Assembly (NCBI RefSeq): GCF_009914755.1
Contig: NC_060934.1
Source of the DNA: the human T2T-CHM13v2.0 reference genome, Homo sapiens
Strand: one strand, 5' to 3'
DNA: 64,000 nucleotides
The notes below the pieces were generated by a model. It did no database searches. It was not told where the DNA came from and saw only the letters and a program-made list of their open reading frames with translations. Shown piece after piece: positions 40,101-53,200 of this stretch. The first letter of the stretch is position 1; every line of letters starts with the position of its first letter. Both the position numbers and the translations under genes were made by a program.

Positions 40101-43100
40101 CTTAGACATGGAAATATCTTCATATTAAAAGTACACAGAGTCATTCGTAGAAACTAGTTTGTGATGTGTGCCTTCAACTCACAGAGTTTAACCTTTCTTT
40201 TCATAGAGCAGTTGGGAAACACTCTATTTGTAAAGTCTGCAAGTGGATATTTGGACCTCTTTGAGGCCTTCGTTGGAAACGGGATTTCTTCATATAACGC
40301 TAGACAGAAGAATTCTCAGTAACTTCTTTGTGTTGTGTGTATTCAACTCACAGAGTTGAACCTTTCTTTAGAGGGAGCAGAGGTGAAACACTCTTTTTGT
40401 GGAATTTGCTAGTGTAGATTTCAAACGCTTCGAAGACAGTGATAGAAAAGGATATATCTTCGTATTAAAAGTAGACAAAATCATTCTCAGAAAACTCTTT
40501 GTGATGTGTGTGTTCAACTCACAGAGTTTAACCTTTCTTTAATCGAGCAGTTTGGAAATACACTCTTTGTAAGTCTGCAGGTGGATATTTGGCCCTCTTT
40601 GAGCCCTTCGTTGGAAACGGGATTTCCTCATATAATGCTAGACAGAAGAATTCTCAGTAACTTCTTTGTGTTGTTTGTATTCAACACACAGATTTGAACC
40701 TTCCTTTAGAGAGAGCAGATTTGAAACACTCTGTTTTTGGAATTTGCAAGTGCAGATTTCAAGCGCTTCTAGGCCTATGGCAGAAAAGGAAATATCTTCG
40801 TATAAAAACTACACAGAATCATTCTCAACAACTACTTTGTGATGTGTGCGTTCAACTCACAGAGTTTAACCTTTCTTTTCATAGAGCAGTTTGGAAACAC
40901 TCTGTTTGTAAAGCCTGCAAGTGCTTTTTTGGACTTCATTGAGGCCTTCGTTGGAAACGGGATTTCTTCATATAATGCTAGACAGAAGAATTCTCAGTCA
41001 CTTGTTTGTGTTGTGTGTATTCAAGTCACAGAGTTGAACCTTCCTTTAGACAGAGCAGTTTTGAAAAATTCTTTCTGTGGAGTTTGCAAGTGGAGATTTC
41101 AAGCGATTTGAGGCTAATCTTTGAAATGGAAATATCTTCGTGTAAAAACTACACAGAATCATTCTCAGAAACTGCTTTGTCATCTGTGCGTTCAGTTCAC
41201 AGAGTTTCACCTTTCTCTTCATAGAGCAGTTTGGAAAGACTCTGTCTGTAAAGTCTGCAAGTGATTAGTTAGACCCCTTTGAGGCCTTCGTTGGAAGTGG
41301 GATTTCTCATTTACTGCTAGACAGAAGAATTCTCAGTAAATCCTTTGTGTTGTGTGTATTCAACTCACAGAGTGGAACCTTCCTTTATTCAGAGCAGTTT
41401 TGAAAAACACTTTTTGTGGAATTTGCAAGTGGAGATTTCAAGCGATTTGACGCCAATCTTAGACATGGAAATATCTTCATATTAAAAGTACACAGAGTCA
41501 TTCGTAGAAACTAGTTTGTGATGTGTGCCTTCAACTCACAGAGTTTAACCTTTCTTTTCATAGAGCAGTTTGGAAACACTCTATTTGTAAAGTCTGCAAG
41601 TGGATATTTGGACCTCTTTGAGGCCTTCGTTGGAAACGGGATTTCTTCATACAACGCTAGACAGAAGAATTCTCAGTAACTTCTTTGTGTTGTGTGTATT
41701 CAACTCACAGAGTTGAACCTTTCTTTAGAGAGAGCAGAGTTGAAACACTCTGTTTTTGGAATTTGCAACTGCAGATTTCAAGCGATTCTAGGCCTATGGC
41801 AGAAAAGGAAATATCTTCGTATAAAAACTACACAGAATCATTCTCAACAACTACTTTGTGATGTGTGCGTTCAACTCACAGAGTTTAACCTTTCTTTTCA
41901 TAGAGCAGTTTGGAAACACTCTGTTTGTAAAGCCTGCAAGTGCTTTTTTGGACTTCATTGAGGCCTTCGTTGGAAACGGGATTTCTTCATATAATGCTAG
42001 ACAGAAGAATTCTCAGTCACTTCTTTGTGTTGTGTGTATTCAAGTCACAGAGTTGAACCTTCCTTTAGACAGAGCAGTTTTGAAAAATTCTTTCTGTGTA
42101 ATTTGCAAGTGGAGATTTCAAGCGATTTGAGGCTAATCTTTGAAATGGAAATATCTTCGTGTAAAAACTACACAGAATCATTCTCAGAAACTGCTTTGTC
42201 ATCTGTGCGTTCAGTTCACAGAGTTTCACCTTTCTCTTCATAGAGCAGTTTGGAAAGACTCTGTCTGTAAAGTCTGCAAGTGATTAGTTAGACCCCTTTG
42301 AGGCCTTCGTTGGAAGCGGGATTTCTCATTTACTGCTAGACAGAAGAATTCTCAGTAAATCCTTTGTGTTGTGTGTATTCAACTCACAGAGTGGAACCTT
42401 CCTTTATTCAGAGCAGTTTTGAAACACTCTTTTTGTGGAATTTGCAAGTGGAGATTTCAAGCGATTTGACGCCAATCTTAGACATGGAAAAATCTTCATA
42501 TTAAAAGTACACAGAGTCATTCGTAGAAACTAGTTTGTGATGTGTGCCTTCAACTCACAGAGTTTAACCTTTCTTTTCATAGAGCAGTTGGGAAACACTC
42601 TATTTGTAAAGTCTGCAAGTGGATATTTGGACCTCTTTGAGGCCTTCGTTGGAAACGGGATTTCTTCATATAACGCTAGACAGAAGAATTCTCAGTAACT
42701 TCTTTGTGTTGTGTGTATTCAACTCACAGAGTTGAACCTTTCTTTAGAGGGAGCAGAGGTGAAACACTCTTTTTGTGGAATTTGCTAGTGTAGATTTCAA
42801 ACGCTTCGAAGACAGTGATAGAAAAGGATATATCTTCATATTAAAAGTAGACAAAATCATTCTCAGAAAACTCTTTGTGATGTGTGTGTTCAACTCACAG
42901 AGTTTAACCTTTCTTTAATCGAGCAGTTTGGAAATACACTCTTTGTAAGTCTGCAGGTGGATATTTGGCCCTCTTTGAGCCCTTCGTTGGAAACGGGATT
43001 TCCTCATATAATGCTAGACAGAAGAATTCTCAGTAACTTCTTTGTGTTGTTTGTATTCAACACACAGATTTGAACCTTCCTTTAGAGAGAGCAGATTTGA

Positions 43101-44233
43101 AACACTCTGTTTTTGGAATTTGCAAGTGCAGATTTCAAGCGCTTCTAGGCCTATGGCAGAAAAGGAAATATCTTCGTATAAAAACTACACAGAATCATTC
43201 TCAACAACTACTTTGTGATGTGTGCGTTCAACTCACAGAGTTTAACCTTTCTTTTCATAGAGCAGTTTGGAAACACTCTGTTTGTAAAGCCTGCAAGTGC
43301 TTTTTTGGACTTCATTGAGGCCTTCGTTGGAAACGGGATTTCTTCATATAATGCTAGACAGAAGAATTCTCAGTCACTTCTTTGTGTTGTGTGTATTCAA
43401 GTCACAGAGTTGAACCTTCCTTTAGACAGAGCAGTTTTGAAAAATTCTTTCTGTGGAGTTTGCAAGTGGAGATTTCAAGCGATTTGAGGCTAATCTTTGA
43501 AATGGAAATATCTTCGTGTAAAAACTACACAGAATCATTCTCAGAAACTGCTTTGTCATCTGTGCGTTCAGTTCACAGAGTTTCACCTTTCTCTTCATAG
43601 AGCAGTTTGGAAAGACTCTGTCTGTAAAGTCTGCAAGTGATTAGTTAGACCCCTTTGAGGCCTTCGTTGGAAGCGGGATTTCTCATTTACTGCTAGACAG
43701 AAGAATTCTCAGTAAATCCTTTGTGTTGTGTGTATTCAACTCACAGAGTGGAACCTTCCTTTATTCAGAGCAGTTTTGAAAAACACTTTTTGTGGAATTT
43801 GCAAGTGGAGATTTCAAGCGATTTGACGCCAATCTTAGACATGGAAATATCTTCATATTAAAAGTACACAGAGTCATTCGTAGAAACTAGTTTGTGATGT
43901 GTGCCTTCAACTCACAGAGTTTAACCTTTCTTTTCATAGAGCAGTTTGGAAACAATCTATTTGTAAAGTCTGCAAGTGGATATTTGGACCTCTTTGAGGC
44001 CTTCGTTGGAAACGGGATTTCTTCATACAACGCTAGACAGAAGAATTCTCAGTAACTTCTTTGTGTTGTGTGTATTCAACTCACAGAGTTGAACCTTTCT
44101 TTAGAGAGAGCAGAGTTGAAACACTCTGTTTTTGGAATTTGCAAGTGCAGATTTCAAGCGATTCTAGGCCTATGGCAGAAAAGGAAATATCTTCGTATAA
44201 AAACTACACAGAATCATTCTCAACAACTACTTT

Positions 44234-47200
44234 GTGATGTGTGCGTTCAACTCACAGAGTTTAACCTTTCTTTTCATAGAGCAGTTTGGAAACACTCTGT
44301 TTGTAAAGCCTGCAAGTGCTTTTTTGGACTTCATTGAGGCCTTCGTTGGAAACGGGATTTCTTCATATAATGCTAGACAGAAGAATTCTCAGTCACTTGT
44401 TTGTGTTGTGTGTATTCAAGTCACAGAGTTGAACCTTCCTTTAGACAGAGCAGTTTTGAAAAATTCTTTCTGTGTAATTTGCAAGTGGAGATTTCAAGCG
44501 ATTTGAGGCTAATCTTTGAAATGGAAATATCTTCGTGTAAAAACTACACAGAATCATTCTCAGAAACTGCTTTGTCATCTGTGCGTTCAGTTCACAGAGT
44601 TTCACCTTTCTCTTCATAGAGCAGTTTGGAAAGACTCTGTCTGTAAAGTCTGCAAGTGATTAGTTAGACCCCTTTGAGGCCTTCGTTGGAAGTGGGATTT
44701 CTCATTTACTGCTAGACAGAAGAATTCTCAGTAAATCCTTTGTGTTGTGTGTATTCAACTCACAGAGTGGAACCTTCCTTTATTCAGAGCAGTTTTGAAA
44801 AACACTTTTTGTGGAATTTGCAAGTGGAGATTTCAAGCGATTTGACGCCAATCTTAGACATGGAAATATCTTCATATTAAAAGTACACAGAGTCATTCGT
44901 AGAAACTAGTTTGTGATGTGTGCCTTCAACTCACAGAGTTTAACCTTTCTTTTCATAGAGCAGTTTGGAAACACTCTATTTGTAAAGTCTGCAAGTGGAT
45001 ATTTGGACCTCTTTGAGGCCTTCGTTGGAAACGGGATTTCTTCATACAACGCTAGACAGAAGAATTCTCAGTAACTTCTTTGTGTTGTGTGTATTCAACT
45101 CACAGAGTTGAACCTTTCTTTAGAGAGAGCAGAGTTGAAACACTCTGTTTTTGGAATTTGCAACTGCAGATTTCAAGCGATTCTAGGCCTATGGCAGAAA
45201 AGGAAATATCTTCGTATAAAAACTACACAGAATCATTCTCAACAACTACTTTGTGATGTGTGCGTTCAACTCACAGAGTTTAACCTTTCTTTTCATAGAG
45301 CAGTTTGGAAACACTCTGTTTGTAAAGCCTGCAAGTGCTTTTTTGGACTTCATTGAGGCCTTCGTTGGAAACGGGATTTCTTCATATAATGCTAGACAGA
45401 AGAATTCTCAGTCACTTCTTTGTGTTGTGTGTATTCAAGTCACAGAGTTGAACCTTCCTTTAGACAGAGCAGTTTTGAAAAATTCTTTCTGTGTAATTTG
45501 CAAGTGGAGATTTCAAGCGATTTGAGGCTAATCTTTGAAATGGAAATATCTTCGTGTAAAAACTACACAGAATCATTCTCAGAAACTGCTTTGTCATCTG
45601 TGCGTTCAGTTCACAGAGTTTCACCTTTCTCTTCATAGAGCAGTTTGGAAAGACTCTGTCTGTAAAGTCTGCAAGTGATTAGTTAGACCCCTTTGAGGCC
45701 TTCGTTGGAAGCGGGATTTCTCATTTACTGCTAGACAGAAGAATTCTCAGTAAATCCTTTGTGTTGTGTGTATTCAACTCACAGAGTGGAACCTTCCTTT
45801 ATTCAGAGCAGTTTTGAAACACTCTTTTTGTGGAATTTGCAAGTGGAGATTTCAAGCGATTTGACGCCAATCTTAGACATGGAAAAATCTTCATATTAAA
45901 AGTACACAGAGTCATTCGTAGAAACTAGTTTGTGATGTGTGCCTTCAACTCACAGAGTTTAACCTTTCTTTTCATAGAGCAGTTGGGAAACACTCTATTT
46001 GTAAAGTCTGCAAGTGGATATTTGGACCTCTTTGAGGCCTTCGTTGGAAACGGGATTTCTTCATATAACGCTAGACAGAAGAATTCTCAGTAACTTCTTT
46101 GTGTTGTGTGTATTCAACTCACAGAGTTGAACCTTTCTTTAGAGGGAGCAGAGGTGAAACACTCTTTTTGTGGAATTTGCTAGTGTAGATTTCAAACGCT
46201 TCGAAGACAGTGATAGAAAAGGATATATCTTCATATTAAAAGTAGACAAAATCATTCTCAGAAAACTCTTTGTGATGTGTGTGTTCAACTCACAGAGTTT
46301 AACCTTTCTTTAATCGAGCAGTTTGGAAATACACTCTTTGTAAGTCTGCAGGTGGATATTTGGCCCTCTTTGAGCCCTTCGTTGGAAACGGGATTTCCTC
46401 ATATAATGCTAGACAGAAGAATTCTCAGTAACTTCTTTGTGTTGTTTGTATTCAACACACAGATTTGAACCTTCCTTTAGAGAGAGCAGATTTGAAACAC
46501 TCTGTTTTTGGAATTTGCAAGTGCAGATTTCAAGCGCTTCTAGGCCTATGGCAGAAAAGGAAATATCTTCGTATAAAAACTACACAGAATCATTCTCAAC
46601 AACTACTTTGTGATGTGTGCGTTCAACTCACAGAGTTTAACCTTTCTTTTCATAGAGCAGTTTGGAAACACTCTGTTTGTAAAGCCTGCAAGTGCTTTTT
46701 TGGACTTCATTGAGGCCTTCGTTGGAAACGGGATTTCTTCATATAATGCTAGACAGAAGAATTCTCAGTCACTTCTTTGTGTTGTGTGTATTCAAGTCAC
46801 AGAGTTGAACCTTCCTTTAGACAGAGCAGTTTTGAAAAATTCTTTCTGTGGAGTTTGCAAGTGGAGATTTCAAGCGATTTGAGGCTAATCTTTGAAATGG
46901 AAATATCTTCGTGTAAAAACTACACAGAATCATTCTCAGAAACTGCTTTGTCATCTGTGCGTTCAGTTCACAGAGTTTCACCTTTCTCTTCATAGAGCAG
47001 TTTGGAAAGACTCTGTCTGTAAAGTCTGCAAGTGATTAGTTAGACCCCTTTGAGGCCTTCGTTGGAAGCGGGATTTCTCATTTACTGCTAGACAGAAGAA
47101 TTCTCAGTAAATCCTTTGTGTTGTGTGTATTCAACTCACAGAGTGGAACCTTCCTTTATTCAGAGCAGTTTTGAAAAACACTTTTTGTGGAATTTGCAAG

Positions 47201-50200
47201 TGGAGATTTCAAGCGATTTGACGCCAATCTTAGACATGGAAATATCTTCATATTAAAAGTACACAGAGTCATTCGTAGAAACTAGTTTGTGATGTGTGCC
47301 TTCAACTCACAGAGTTTAACCTTTCTTTTCATAGAGCAGTTTGGAAACAATCTATTTGTAAAGTCTGCAAGTGGATATTTGGACCTCTTTGAGGCCTTCG
47401 TTGGAAACGGGATTTCTTCATACAACGCTAGACAGAAGAATTCTCAGTAACTTCTTTGTGTTGTGTGTATTCAACTCACAGAGTTGAACCTTTCTTTAGA
47501 GAGAGCAGAGTTGAAACACTCTGTTTTTGGAATTTGCAACTGCAGATTTCAAGCGATTCTAGGCCTATGGCAGAAAAGGAAATATCTTCGTATAAAAACT
47601 ACACAGAATCATTCTCAACAACTACTTTGTGATGTGTGCGTTCAACTCACAGAGTTTAACCTTTCTTTTCATAGAGCAGTTTGGAAACACTCTGTTTGTA
47701 AAGCCTGCAAGTGCTTTTTTGGACTTCATTGAGGCCTTCGTTGGAAACGGGATTTCTTCATATAATGCTAGACAGAAGAATTCTCAGTCACTTCTTTGTG
47801 TTGTGTGTATTCAAGTCACAGAGTTGAACCTTCCTTTAGACAGAGCAGTTTTGAAAAATTCTTTCTGTGTAATTTGCAAGTGGAGATTTCAAGCGATTTG
47901 AGGCTAATCTTTGAAATGGAAATATCTTCGTGTAAAAACTACACAGAATCATTCTCAGAAACTGCTTTGTCATCTGTGCGTTCAGTTCACAGAGTTTCAC
48001 CTTTCTCTTCATAGAGCAGTTTGGAAAGACTCTGTCTGTAAAGTCTGCAAGTGATTAGTTAGACCCCTTTGAGGCCTTCGTTGGAAGCGGGATTTCTCAT
48101 TTACTGCTAGACAGAAGAATTCTCAGTAAATCCTTTGTGTTGTGTGTATTCAACTCACAGAGTGGAACCTTCCTTTATTCAGAGCAGTTTTGAAACACTC
48201 TTTTTGTGTAATTTGCAAGTGGAGATTTCAAGCGATTTGACGCCAATCTTAGACATGGAAAAATCTTCATATTAAAAGTACACAGAGTCATTCGTAGAAA
48301 CTAGTTTGTGATGTGTGCCTTCAACTCACAGAGTTTAACCTTTCTTTTCATAGAGCAGTTGGGAAACACTCTATTTGTAAAGTCTGCAAGTGGATATTTG
48401 GACCTCTTTGAGGCCTTCGTTGGAAACGGGATTTCTTCATATAACGCTAGACAGAAGAATTCTCAGTAACTTCTTTGTGTTGTGTGTATTCAACTCACAG
48501 AGTTGAACCTTTCTTTAGAGGGAGCAGAGGTGAAACACTCTTTTTGTGGAATTTGCTAGTGTAGATTTCAAACGCTTCGAAGACAGTGATAGAAAAGGAT
48601 ATATCTTCATATTAAAAGTAGACAAAATCATTCTCAGAAAACTCTTTGTGATGTGTGTGTTCAACTCACAGAGTTTAACCTTTCTTTAATCGAGCAGTTT
48701 GGAAATACACTCTTTGTAAGTCTGCAGGTGGATATTTGGCCCTCTTTGAGCCCTTCGTTGGAAACGGGATTTCCTCATATAATGCTAGACAGAAGAATTC
48801 TCAGTAACTTCTTTGTGTTGTTTGTATTCAACACACAGATTTGAACCTTCCTTTAGAGAGAGCAGATTTGAAACACTCTGTTTTTGGAATTTGCAAGTGC
48901 AGATTTCAAGCGCTTCTAGGCCTATGGCAGAAAAGGAAATATCTTCGTATAAAAACTACACAGAATCATTCTCAACAACTACTTTGTGATGTGTGCGTTC
49001 AACTCACAGAGTTTAACCTTTCTTTTCATAGAGCAGTTTGGAAACACTCTGTTTGTAAAGCCTGCAAGTGCTTTTTTGGACTTCATTGAGGCCTTCGTTG
49101 GAAACGGGATTTCTTCATATAATGCTAGACAGAAGAATTCTCAGTCACTTCTTTGTGTTGTGTGTATTCAAGTCACAGAGTTGAACCTTCCTTTAGACAG
49201 AGCAGTTTTGAAAAATTCTTTCTGTGGAGTTTGCAAGTGGAGATTTCAAGCGATTTGAGGCTAATCTTTGAAATGGAAATATCTTCGTGTAAAAACTACA
49301 CAGAATCATTCTCAGAAACTGCTTTGTCATCTGTGCGTTCAGTTCACAGAGTTTCACCTTTCTCTTCATAGAGCAGTTTGGAAAGACTCTGTCTGTAAAG
49401 TCTGCAAGTGATTAGTTAGACCCCTTTGAGGCCTTCGTTGGAAGCGGGATTTCTCATTTACTGCTAGACAGAAGAATTCTCAGTAAATCCTTTGTGTTGT
49501 GTGTATTCAACTCACAGAGTGGAACCTTCCTTTATTCAGAGCAGTTTTGAAAAACACTTTTTGTGGAATTTGCAAGTGGAGATTTCAAGCGATTTGACGC
49601 CAATCTTAGACATGGAAATATCTTCATATTAAAAGTACACAGAGTCATTCGTAGAAACTAGTTTGTGATGTGTGCCTTCAACTCACAGAGTTTAACCTTT
49701 CTTTTCATAGAGCAGTTTGGAAACACTCTATTTGTAAAGTCTGCAAGTGGATATTTGGACCTCTTTGAGGCCTTCGTTGGAAACGGGATTTCTTCATACA
49801 ACGCTAGACAGAAGAATTCTCAGTAACTTCTTTGTGTTGTGTGTATTCAACTCACAGAGTTGAACCTTTCTTTAGAGAGAGCAGAGTTGAAACACTCTGT
49901 TTTTGGAATTTGCAAGTGCAGATTTCAAGCGATTCTAGGCCTATGGCAGAAAAGGAAATATCTTCGTATAAAAACTACACAGAATCATTCTCAACAACTA
50001 CTTTGTGATGTGTGCGTTCAACTCACAGAGTTTAACCTTTCTTTTCATAGAGCAGTTTGGAAACACTCTGTTTGTAAAGCCTGCAAGTGCTTTTTTGGAC
50101 TTCATTGAGGCCTTCGTTGGAAACGGGATTTCTTCATATAATGCTAGACAGAAGAATTCTCAGTCACTTCTTTGTGTTGTGTGTATTCAAGTCACAGAGT

Positions 50201-53200
50201 TGAACCTTCCTTTAGACAGAGCAGTTTTGAAAAATTCTTTCTGTGTAATTTGCAAGTGGAGATTTCAAGCGATTTGAGGCTAATCTTTGAAATGGAAATA
50301 TCTTCGTGTAAAAACTACACAGAATCATTCTCAGAAACTGCTTTGTCATCTGTGCGTTCAGTTCACAGAGTTTCACCTTTCTCTTCATAGAGCAGTTTGG
50401 AAAGACTCTGTCTGTAAAGTCTGCAAGTGATTAGTTAGACCCCTTTGAGGCCTTCGTTGGAAGCGGGATTTCTCATTTACTGCTAGACAGAAGAATTCTC
50501 AGTAAATCCTTTGTGTTGTGTGTATTCAACTCACAGAGTGGAACCTTCCTTTATTCAGAGCAGTTTTGAAACACTCTTTTTGTGGAATTTGCAAGTGGAG
50601 ATTTCAAGCGATTTGACGCCAATCTTAGACATGGAAAAATCTTCATATTAAAAGTACACAGAGTCATTCGTAGAAACTAGTTTGTGATGTGTGCCTTCAA
50701 CTCACAGAGTTTAACCTTTCTTTTCATAGAGCAGTTGGGAAACACTCTATTTGTAAAGTCTGCAAGTGGATATTTGGACCTCTTTGAGGCCTTCGTTGGA
50801 AACGGGATTTCTTCATATAACGCTAGACAGAAGAATTCTCAGTAACTTCTTTGTGTTGTGTGTATTCAACTCACAGAGTTGAACCTTTCTTTAGAGGGAG
50901 CAGAGGTGAAACACTCTTTTTGTGGAATTTGCTAGTGTAGATTTCAAACGCTTCGAAGACAGTGATAGAAAAGGATATATCTTCGTATTAAAAGTAGACA
51001 AAATCATTCTCAGAAAACTCTTTGTGATGTGTGTGTTCAACTCACAGAGTTTAACCTTTCTTTAATCGAGCAGTTTGGAAATACACTCTTTGTAAGTCTG
51101 CAGGTGGATATTTGGCCCTCTTTGAGCCCTTCGTTGGAAACGGGATTTCCTCATATAATGCTAGACAGAAGAATTCTCAGTAACTTCTTTGTGTTGTTTG
51201 TATTCAACACACAGATTTGAACCTTCCTTTAGAGAGAGCAGATTTGAAACACTCTGTTTTTGGAATTTGCAAGTGCAGATTTCAAGCGCTTCTAGGCCTA
51301 TGGCAGAAAAGGAAATATCTTCGTATAAAAACTACACAGAATCATTCTCAACAACTACTTTGTGATGTGTGCGTTCAACTCACAGAGTTTAACCTTTCTT
51401 TTCATAGAGCAGTTTGGAAACACTCTGTTTGTAAAGCCTGCAAGTGCTTTTTTGGACTTCATTGAGGCCTTCGTTGGAAACGGGATTTCTTCATATAATG
51501 CTAGACAGAAGAATTCTCAGTCACTTCTTTGTGTTGTGTGTATTCAAGTCACAGAGTTGAACCTTCCTTTAGACAGAGCAGTTTTGAAAAATTCTTTCTG
51601 TGGAGTTTGCAAGTGGAGATTTCAAGCGATTTGAGGCTAATCTTTGAAATGGAAATATCTTCGTGTAAAAACTACACAGAATCATTCTCAGAAACTGCTT
51701 TGTCATCTGTGCGTTCAGTTCACAGAGTTTCACCTTTCTCTTCATAGAGCAGTTTGGAAAGACTCTGTCTGTAAAGTCTGCAAGTGATTAGTTAGACCCC
51801 TTTGAGGCCTTCGTTGGAAGCGGGATTTCTCATTTACTGCTAGACAGAAGAATTCTCAGTAAATCCTTTGTGTTGTGTGTATTCAACTCACAGAGTGGAA
51901 CCTTCCTTTATTAAGAGCAGTTTTGAAAAACACTTTTTGTGGAATTTGCAAGTGGAGATTTCAAGCGATTTGACGCCAATCTTAGACATGGAAATATCTT
52001 CATATTAAAAGTACACAGAGTCATTCGTAGAAACTAGTTTGTGATGTGTGCCTTCAACTCACAGAGTTTAACCTTTCTTTTCATAGAGCAGTTTGGAAAC
52101 ACTCTATTTGTAAAGTCTGCAAGTGGATATTTGGACCTCTTTGAGGCCTTCGTTGGAAACGGGATTTCTTCATACAACGCTAGACAGAAGAATTCTCAGT
52201 AACTTCTTTGTGTTGTGTGTATTCAACTCACAGAGTTGAACCTTTCTTTAGAGAGAGCAGAGTTGAAACACTCTGTTTTTGGAATTTGCAACTGCAGATT
52301 TCAAGCGATTCTAGGCCTATGGCAGAAAAGGAAATATCTTCGTATAAAAACTACACAGAATCATTCTCAACAACTACTTTGTGATGTGTGCGTTCAACTC
52401 ACAGAGTTTAACCTTTCTTTTCATAGAGCAGTTTGGAAACACTCTGTTTGTAAAGCCTGCAAGTGCTTTTTTGGACTTCATTGAGGCCTTCGTTGGAAAC
52501 GGGATTTCTTCATATAATGCTAGACAGAAGAATTCTCAGTCACTTCTTTGTGTTGTGTGTATTCAAGTCACAGAGTTGAACCTTCCTTTAGACAGAGCAG
52601 TTTTGAAAAATTCTTTCTGTGTAATTTGCAAGTGGAGATTTCAAGCGATTTGAGGCTAATCTTTGAAATGGAAATATCTTCGTGTAAAAACTACACAGAA
52701 TCATTCTCAGAAACTGCTTTGTCATCTGTGCGTTCAGTTCACAGAGTTTCACCTTTCTCTTCATAGAGCAGTTTGGAAAGACTCTGTCTGTAAAGTCTGC
52801 AAGTGATTAGTTAGACCCCTTTGAGGCCTTCGTTGGAAGCGGGATTTCTCATTTACTGCTAGACAGAAGAATTCTCAGTAAATCCTTTGTGTTGTGTGTA
52901 TTCAACTCACAGAGTGGAACCTTCCTTTATTCAGAGCAGTTTTGAAACACTCTTTTTGTGGAATTTGCAAGTGGAGATTTCAAGCGATTTGACGCCAATC
53001 TTAGACATGGAAATATCTTCATATTAAAAGTACACAGAGTCATTCGTAGAAACTAGTTTGTGATGTGTGCCTTCAACTCACAGAGTTTAACCTTTCTTTT
53101 CATAGAGCAGTTGGGAAACACTCTATTTGTAAAGTCTGCAAGTGGATATTTGGACCTCTTTGAGGCCTTCGTTGGAAACGGGATTTCTTCATATAACGCT

